Positions 7,270 through 12,856 are shown, numbered from the stretch's first letter. The stretch: 64,000 nucleotides of DNA from a virus (IMGVR_UViG_3300027805_000008:1-64000), one strand, 5' to 3'. A program made the numbers and translations. The notes: generated from the letters alone by a model not told the origin.

Positions 7270-7460
7270 ATCCTACCACCTACCACTGACATTTTGACCC
7301 CTTTTTCGGGCGTGTCGGAAAACTATTTTTGTGATTTAGGTCATGTGGATAACTTACGCTCAAATTCCAGGGGTTTTCCACACCTGTGAATAAAGCTGTG
7401 GATAACGCCCGCAAAAGACTGCGGGCCGAATAATTATGCATTTTCGTGAATAATTATTCG
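7270..7460 (-). promoter_or_regulatory. Regulatory module: PafBC-type promoter (7270-7291), GTGTC, CRP-like box (7330-7345), four DnaA boxes (7344, 7374, 7385, 7397), hairpin (7408-7425), tandem ARG-box-like operator (7427-7460)
   Basis: TGTCAG-N10-TAGGAT; TGTGGATAA x2, TTTTCCACA, TGTGAATAA; CGAATAATTATGCA / TGAATAATTATTCG at 20-bp period. Confidence 0.8.
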
Positions 7461-7469
7461 CCTTTTATT

Positions 7470-7640
7470 TTATTTATTACACGCCTCTAAAAATTTATCT
7501 GCGTTAAATTGCGAATTATCTTCCGCAAACATTGACGCAAAATCATCAACTAGATCGTGATAAGTAAACTCATCACCGATTAAATCTTTATAACTAGAAA
7601 GAATATCGGCGGTCTTTACATAGTCTTTTCGTGTCATCAT
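7470..7640 (-). CDS. MTRKDY-type small protein; paralog of 4495-4686 (not in ORF track)
   Basis: MMTRKDYVKTADILSSY..LVDDFASMFAEDNSQFNADKFLEAC. Confidence 0.75.
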   Translation of the reverse strand: MMTRKDYVKTADILSSYKDLIGDEFTYHDLVDDFASMFAEDNSQFNADKFLEACNK

Positions 7641-7641
7641 T

Positions 7642-7752
7642 TTAATTTAACCCATTTTCTTTTATGTCTTTTATTACGGCGATTAGTAGCGGGATAGTTA
7701 CCCCCGCTAATAGTAATTGAACGGCGGTAGTTAGTAAGCGATTAGTAGTCAT
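7642..7752 (-). CDS. 36 aa single-TM membrane peptide (not in ORF track)
   Basis: MTTNRLLTTAVQLLLAGVTIPLLIAVIKDIKENGLN, TAATG-coupled. Confidence 0.6.
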   Translation of the reverse strand: MTTNRLLTTAVQLLLAGVTIPLLIAVIKDIKENGLN

Positions 7753-7889
7753 TAGTTATTCTTCTTCCATTTATAAATCTTGTAAGCAATTAGCGCAATA
7801 GTAGCGGGTATAATTACTTGCCAAGATAAAGCGATATAGCAGACATAGGTATCAAACTCTAAGCCGTAGTCATTTAGTTCTAGTGTCAT
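7752..7889 (-). CDS. 45 aa single-TM membrane peptide (not in ORF track)
   Basis: ..YIALSWQVIIPATIALIAYKIYKWKKNN. Confidence 0.6.
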   Translation of the reverse strand: MTLELNDYGLEFDTYVCYIALSWQVIIPATIALIAYKIYKWKKNN

Positions 7890-8072
7890 TTATTTTATTC
7901 CTAACATAGTAGCGACATTATCTAATTCTTCATCTGTAAGATGGTCTAACTCAATAGCCTTAGAGAAACCGAAGAAATCTTCTTCATCTTCTTGTTCTAC
8001 TTCATCTACATCATCTAAGTGGCGATAAGCATCTGCTACATCTGCCTGAATAGTATCCCATTTAGTCATCAT
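7890..8072 (-). CDS. very acidic small protein
   Basis: 60 aa, D/E-rich (DDVDEVEQEDEED). Confidence 0.7.
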   Translation of the reverse strand: MMTKWDTIQADVADAYRHLDDVDEVEQEDEEDFFGFSKAIELDHLTDEELDNVATMLGIK

Positions 8073-8224
8073 TACTTTACCTCTACTCCTCTTACATTGT
8101 AGGTAAATCCCTTACCTAGTTTATTTAGTTCTTCCATTACTTTTAGTAGTTCATCTGCGCTAGTAGCCTTGTTATCTACTGATAGTAGGTTAGCGCCTTG
8201 CCATAGTGAGTATGTTATTGTCAT
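8072..8224 (-). CDS. 50 aa hypothetical protein (not in ORF track)
   Basis: MTITYSLWQGANLLSVDNKATSADELLKVMEELNKLGKGFTYNVRGVEVK. Confidence 0.65.
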   Translation of the reverse strand: MTITYSLWQGANLLSVDNKATSADELLKVMEELNKLGKGFTYNVRGVEVK

Positions 8225-8263
8225 TTTATTTTCTATTCTTTCTGTTAGTAGTTATTAGTTAGT

Positions 8264-8314
8264 GGGTCTTATTCGCTAGGCTCACCTTTCGGATTATTTG
8301 CTAGGCTCATACCC
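8264..8314 (-). repeat. Twofold-symmetric leader element: TGAGCCTAGCRAATAA x2 around a CC-GAAA-GG hairpin, closed by GGGT/ACCC
   Basis: directly visible. Confidence 0.7.
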
Positions 8315-8332
8315 TTATTTAGTTATGGTGTA

Positions 8333-8398
8333 ACCTTATCATAGGTTACTGACATTTAGGGGGATTTAGCCCCTAGTGTCGGTGTGAGTTACCTCACA
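8333..8398 (-). promoter_or_regulatory. PafBC-type promoter (8333-8354), GTGTC, perfect CRP box (8383-8398)
   Basis: TGTCAG-N10-TAAGGT; TGTGA-gttacc-TCACA. Confidence 0.8.
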
Positions 8399-8541
8399 TT
8401 TACTAGGGCGTGTGTAGCGTAGTTACCGCCACACATTACGCATAGTGTCCAAGCGGTTACTCTACCGCAACCATTAGAACACGCCACATAGTGGCTAGGT
8501 GTATGGTAGTCGTTACGACTTTCCCAAATACGATTAGTCAT
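8389..8541 (-). CDS. small zinc-binding protein
   Basis: MTNRIWESR..CSNGC..CVMC; start corrected. Confidence 0.6.
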   Translation of the reverse strand: MTNRIWESRNDYHTPSHYVACSNGCGRVTAWTLCVMCGGNYATHALVNVR

Positions 8542-8542
8542 A

Positions 8543-8752
8543 TTAGTTAGCCTTTCTATTAGATAGAACCCAAGCGGACTCATTAGGTGATAGATACTTA
8601 TGTGAGATTAGGTTCTCACTAGCAACCATATAGACATATGCCATACGGCTTATGTAGTTGCCATTAGATAGGCGAAAGATATTTTTATCCTTAGTGTTAC
8701 TAGAGGACATAGGGTGAGTAGGTTCTACTACTACTGATACTGAGTGAGTCAT
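8543..8752 (-). CDS. hypothetical protein; first gene of leftward early region
   Basis: 69 aa, RBS GAAAGGAG. Confidence 0.7.
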   Translation of the reverse strand: MTHSVSVVVEPTHPMSSSNTKDKNIFRLSNGNYISRMAYVYMVASENLISHKYLSPNESAWVLSNRKAN

Positions 8753-8801
8753 TTTGACTCCTTTCTTGTTACTAACCTTTAGTAACTTTCTTTATATATA
8801 A

Positions 8802-8930
8802 AGCGTAACACGGGGCACTGACATTTTCAAGCACCAACACTAGACAAATCGGACATTTTGAAAAAAAAGTTGGTGATTAGCGTCACAATTAGCCTAATAT
8901 GGGCGCACTATATAGACAAAACGGACATTT
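8802..8930 (-). promoter_or_regulatory. PafBC-type promoter (8802-8823), GACAAAWCGGACA x2 (8843-8855, 8915-8927), CRP-like box (8872-8887)
   Basis: TGTCAG-N10-TACGCT; GGTGA-ttagcg-TCACA. Confidence 0.75.
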
Positions 8931-9080
8931 ATAAACTCTGGATCATACAAATAAAATCTCTATTAACATTTTAGTAAATCTGATATTGTGGTTGACTGAA
9001 ATATATAGTAGAATGATCACATGATAAAAAGCGGGAACCGAATATAAAGCTTTACCTAACAAGCCTTAAGTAAAGGCTAA

Positions 9081-9155
9081 GGGGATATAGCTTAATCTGG
9101 TTAAAGCATTTGTCTTATATACAAACGACTCTGGGTTCAAATCCCAGTATCCCTA
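9081..9155 (+). tRNA. tRNA-Ile (anticodon UAU)
   Basis: Cloverleaf GGGGATA/TATCCCT, anticodon arm TTTGT-CTTATAT-ACAAA, T arm CTGGG-TTCAAAT-CCCAG. Confidence 0.85.
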
Positions 9156-9409
9156 CTACATAAAAATATTTTTAAAACTCTTGACCTAGCAAATTTTATA
9201 ATGTTATACTTAAGACTGGTTTGTGGGGGCTTACACTGAAACTCATAATGACGGAAATGTGTAGCTTCTCTATCCTACAAAATTGATTTTAAATTTTGGG
9301 GGGTAGGGGGGCTTTCCTAAAATCTAAAAATCTGGAAATGTAATTAAAAGAAATATATATCATATATATCTTAGTTGACTAGAATATAGATAGAGTATAC
9401 AATAAAACA

Positions 9410-9517
9410 ATGGCTGCTAATAGAACTGTTACTTGTGATAAATGTGGGCGGGAGATCGAAGTAAGATCTGGATTTGCCCATGCAACACTATATAACCACT
9501 ATAGAGCATGTAAATGA
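9410..9517 (+). CDS. 35 aa C2HC zinc-finger microprotein, leaderless (not in ORF track)
   Basis: MAANRTVTCDKCGREIEVRSGFAHATLYNHYRACK directly after a TTGACT..TACAAT promoter. Confidence 0.6.
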   Translation: MAANRTVTCDKCGREIEVRSGFAHATLYNHYRACK

Positions 9518-9578
9518 AAAAAAATATTTTTTTAACATTTTGTTAAATCTAATATTGTAGTCGACTAGGATTAATATA

Positions 9579-9695
9579 ATGATTAAATGTGATTTCTGTG
9601 ATAATCAAAAGTATGTTGAAAGATTAAACAGTAAAGGTGTGCTAGAGAATTACTGTGTAAATTGTATTGATAAATTAAAAAGGCGGGAAAGCTAG
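9579..9695 (+). CDS. 38 aa CxxC..CxxC microprotein (not in ORF track)
   Basis: MIKCDFCDNQKYVERLNSKGVLENYCVNCIDKLKRRES. Confidence 0.55.
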   Translation: MIKCDFCDNQKYVERLNSKGVLENYCVNCIDKLKRRES

Positions 9696-9751
9696 AAAAC
9701 TCTCTTGCTATAATTAAGCTATATGAGACACTCTTGTAGGTATTACCTAGG

Positions 9752-10036
9752 ATGAAGTCCGAAAAGCTCTCTATAGCCAAGCAGAAGGCTCATTTGGCTA
9801 CATATATCAGAGACCTTAAAGAAAAATCTCCTTGTAGAGACTGTGGGAAGTTTTATCCATACTATGTCATGGATTTTGACCACGTCCGTGGCAAGAAGCA
9901 TGCAAATGTTATGGAACTTATTCCCACATTGTCTAAAAAGAAGATAGATGAAGAAATTGCTAAATGTGAGATCGTATGTTCTAATTGTCATCGTATTAGG
10001 ACACATATGAGACGTATAGCTAAAAAGAGTAAATAG
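9752..10036 (+). CDS. HNH endonuclease
   Basis: CRDC..MDFDHV....EIAKCEIVCSNCHRIRT. Confidence 0.85.
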   Translation: MKSEKLSIAKQKAHLATYIRDLKEKSPCRDCGKFYPYYVMDFDHVRGKKHANVMELIPTLSKKKIDEEIAKCEIVCSNCHRIRTHMRRIAKKSK

Positions 10037-10113
10037 TCTCTTCTATCGCCGCCGTCGCACTTTTTCGGACTCACTTTTCAATTCGCACTTTATTTAGTAT
10101 ACTTATAATATAA

Positions 10114-10186
10114 TGGACCATAGCTCAGTTGGCAGAGCGTAGAGCTGTTAACTCTAATGTCCCAGGTTCGAGCCCTGGTGGTCCAG
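10114..10186 (+). tRNA. tRNA-Asn (GUU)
   Basis: TGGACCA/TGGTCCA acceptor, TAGAG-CTGTTAA-CTCTA anticodon arm, GTTCGAG T loop. Confidence 0.9.
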
Positions 10187-10190
10187 CAAA

Positions 10191-10263
10191 CTCTTCGTAG
10201 CTCAGAGGACAGAGCATTCGGTTTCTACCCGACTGGTCGCAGGTTCGACTCCTGCCGAAGAGA
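10191..10263 (+). tRNA. tRNA-Arg (UCU)
   Basis: CTCTTCG/CGAAGAG acceptor, TCGG-TTTCTAC-CCGA, GCAGG-TTCGACT-CCTGC. Confidence 0.85.
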
Positions 10264-10268
10264 CTATA

Positions 10269-11501
10269 TTATCTACTTACTTCTTCCCAATCAAGCGATG
10301 CAAAAATATTAGCATTTGCTGCACTTGCTGCTGCAACTACAGATATCTCAAACCCTTGAGGTGTAAATGTATTTCTTTCTAATTGAAATTTAAATAAAGC
10401 TTCTTTTAATATATCTATAGTTCCAGAGCTTTGATTAGATCCACTTATAAAACCAGATGCCAATATTCTACCGCCAGTAATTGATGTTGCTGTTAAATTG
10501 TATTCTAATGAGCTATCTTCTCCAGCAGAAACCCAAGTTCCTCCACTAGTAGTTCCAGAAGCAACAATTTGCCATTGATAGTTTGTATTATTTGATGCTG
10601 CCATAATAGAAAGAGCTGTTAATATTGCAATTGCATCTAGATAATTTGATTTCAATCTAATTGAAACAATTGGATAATATGTTCCAGTAACAGCAAGTAC
10701 CGTTGGAGTAGTTACTGGTGTTGCTACAGCTTGCTGCATACCGTTAAGTTCATATCCACCTTCACTAATTACAGTTGAGCAGATTTGTTTTAACGTGCTA
10801 CTTGAGGCGGTGCCTGTTAGATTTTTAATTTCATATCTTAATGGTAAAGATGCTGTGGTTATATAGGTAGAAGATATCTTATTTGCGTGGTGAAAAGAAT
10901 GACAGTGAATAAATAATCCATCAATAATGAATCCCATTCTAACGCTTCCTACTCCAAGCCATTCGAAGTCCATCCATAGAATCTGAGCCTTGGTTAAATC
11001 TAATGTTATTCCAGAAGGACCAGTTCCATCAAGTTTGTCTATATTCCACTCAGATTGAGTTTTTACAGTTTCTACAATTTCTCCAGTATTGTAACTTCTT
11101 CTGACAAAAGAAGCAGTTGATGATTCTAGCTGGAAGTAAAATCCGTTTTGAGATCCAAAATAGCCGATTCTTTGTCTAAGTCCAGATTTTGCTGGAGATA
11201 GAACAAATGTATTTAAATTTAAAAGAGACTTTCCTGGTTGATAAGAAAATACTTTAGTTGTTTCTCTTATAATTTCAGAGCCAGAGCTTGAGTCTATAGC
11301 TAGGGTTATTAGTCCTTCATTAGCGCTAAAAGACTTTGTTCCTCCGCCAGTAATTTTAGTATTCCATAAACCATTATCTTTATATCTATGAGAAGAGTCA
11401 AACATGGTTAGCGGCAAAGATGTTCTTCCTCTTCCAAAGGCATCGCCATTTGTTAATTGATTAAAATTTATTTTTCCGTTGCTTGCAGATATAAGGGTCA
11501 T
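10269..11501 (-). CDS. conserved phage beta-rich protein (DAFGR.R.S motif), possibly virion-associated
   Basis: 410 aa; DAFGRGRTS, YQPGKS, DFEWLGVG motifs. Confidence 0.6.
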   Translation of the reverse strand: MTLISASNGKINFNQLTNGDAFGRGRTSLPLTMFDSSHRYKDNGLWNTKITGGGTKSFSANEGLITLAIDSSSGSEIIRETTKVFSYQPGKSLLNLNTFVLSPAKSGLRQRIGYFGSQNGFYFQLESSTASFVRRSYNTGEIVETVKTQSEWNIDKLDGTGPSGITLDLTKAQILWMDFEWLGVGSVRMGFIIDGLFIHCHSFHHANKISSTYITTASLPLRYEIKNLTGTASSSTLKQICSTVISEGGYELNGMQQAVATPVTTPTVLAVTGTYYPIVSIRLKSNYLDAIAILTALSIMAASNNTNYQWQIVASGTTSGGTWVSAGEDSSLEYNLTATSITGGRILASGFISGSNQSSGTIDILKEALFKFQLERNTFTPQGFEISVVAAASAANANIFASLDWEEVSR

Positions 11502-11767
11502 TAGTCTTCAACCACCAATATTGCTATTCTTGAAGGAACAAAAGATACTGCGTATATTTCTTCATAAGCTGCTAGCTCGATACTTAAAGTTTGTTCTGGT
11601 AAAAGTCTAAATCCATAATCATCTGTAGAGACACTAGAATTTCCTATAAAAATATTCACATCGCATACATTTTGAAAGATTACAGAAGAGCGTGATCGTA
11701 ACACATTCCAGTTAGTTAAATGTGTTGGAGATGACGATACATCTATTGTTTTATGTTTTAAGGTCAT
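11501..11767 (-). CDS. small beta-sandwich-like hypothetical protein, leaderless
   Basis: 88 aa; TATAAT 6 nt before ATG. Confidence 0.65.
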   Translation of the reverse strand: MTLKHKTIDVSSSPTHLTNWNVLRSRSSVIFQNVCDVNIFIGNSSVSTDDYGFRLLPEQTLSIELAAYEEIYAVSFVPSRIAILVVED

Positions 11768-11784
11768 TACTACATTATACCGCT

Positions 11785-11886
11785 AAAAAGGACAAAACCC
11801 AATCAGAGGCGGATCCGATTGGGTTCTGCTGATCTTGCGATCATGTACTGGGAGCAAATTTTGGTGGGATGCTACAACCAGCACAT
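11785..11886 (-). ncRNA. stand-alone small RNA candidate (~100 nt)
   Basis: Own TTGACT-17-TATACT promoter (11919-11891), stems AUGUGCUGG/CCAGUACAU and GAUC-GCAA-GAUC, intrinsic terminator. Confidence 0.65.
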
Positions 11887-11924
11887 ATAGAGTATAAAAT
11901 ACTCTATATTTAAAGTCAAGCTTT

Positions 11925-12212
11925 TTAATCCCATAAGTGTTCTTGTTTTGGATCAAATCTCCATACAGATTCTTTGTATTTAACATTTTCAGTTAAGTCA
12001 TACAGAATATCCATAAGCATTTTACACTCATCATGTTTCCAAGATAAGTTACACTGTCCATCTTCTACGTTAAGACACTTGTTTAAATATGACTCAATTT
12101 TTTCTACCATCCACTTTAAAGCTTCAGTGGCTTTAGATACATCTTCGTAAACGTTTTTTTCGGCCCTATTCATTTTATAGGCTATTTGGTCAGCATATAT
12201 TTTTTTCACCAT
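11925..12212 (-). CDS. hypothetical protein
   Basis: ORF with RBS AGGAG before MVKKIY. Confidence 0.65.
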   Translation of the reverse strand: MVKKIYADQIAYKMNRAEKNVYEDVSKATEALKWMVEKIESYLNKCLNVEDGQCNLSWKHDECKMLMDILYDLTENVKYKESVWRFDPKQEHLWD

Positions 12213-12370
12213 TCTCCTATCGGACATGAAGAATTTTTTTCTTTTAACATATCAAAAATTTTTTTCTCTTCGACCAGGCATTCCTGATCTGTTTCCATGT
12301 ATAGACTGCAATTTTCGCATACAGAAATAACTTGTTTATAAAAATTTATATTATTATTTTGATCCATCAT
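12206..12370 (-). CDS. small Cys-rich protein (CxxC..C..CPxGxW)
   Basis: CENC..QEC..SCPIGEW; start corrected. Confidence 0.55.
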   Translation of the reverse strand: MMDQNNNINFYKQVISVCENCSLYMETDQECLVEEKKIFDMLKEKNSSCPIGEW

Positions 12371-12575
12371 TGTCTTCATAGCCTGGAGTAAATGACGGGG
12401 CTGGACCCAGCAGGTAGCCTTGATTATGATATTCAACCATTTTTGATACATCTTCTGGACCCACAAGTTTATTTGCTATAAGTGTAAGTAGATCATAAAT
12501 TCTATGTAGCATAATATAATTGACCATAGGTAAATTATCTTCTAAATTTTGTGGCTGTTCATTATTTTCAGTCAT
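12354..12575 (-). CDS. hypothetical protein
   Basis: 73 aa ORF. Confidence 0.65.
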   Translation of the reverse strand: MTENNEQPQNLEDNLPMVNYIMLHRIYDLLTLIANKLVGPEDVSKMVEYHNQGYLLGPAPSFTPGYEDNDGSK

Positions 12576-12643
12576 TTGGTCTTCCTAAGTCTTCCCAAAA
12601 CTTTTCACGCCCCATAGCGTCAGTTTCTTTTATTGTTCCGCCA

Positions 12644-12856
12644 TCAGTTTCTATATGATTCAACCGATCTTTTGAGTTCTCCATAAGATTCCAATCCCAT
12701 ATTATTTTTATACTGACAAGATAAACAGTATAGATAAATTATACCTTCGTTTGTTTCGTTACACATTAAAGGGCCTTGATCCATAGGACATTCAAGTCTA
12801 GGAACAAGGCCCTTCTCTGCGAGCAAAAGGTACTCAGACACGTACTGTATCTTCAT
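12644..12856 (-). CDS. zinc-ribbon-like protein
   Basis: CPMD..CLSC; RBS AAGGAAGG. Confidence 0.65.
   Translation of the reverse strand: MKIQYVSEYLLLAEKGLVPRLECPMDQGPLMCNETNEGIIYLYCLSCQYKNNMGLESYGELKRSVESYRN

Noticed and set aside
300-8930. Repeated modules as a CRISPR array or integron attC cassette array
   Set aside because: Repeats are short, degenerate and irregularly spaced by whole operons; there are no cas genes, integrase or GTTRRRY/RYYYAAC attC structure
11783-11986. 67 aa ORF over the sRNA locus
   Set aside because: It spans a promoter and a terminator and starts inside the upstream gene; a structured RNA explains the region better
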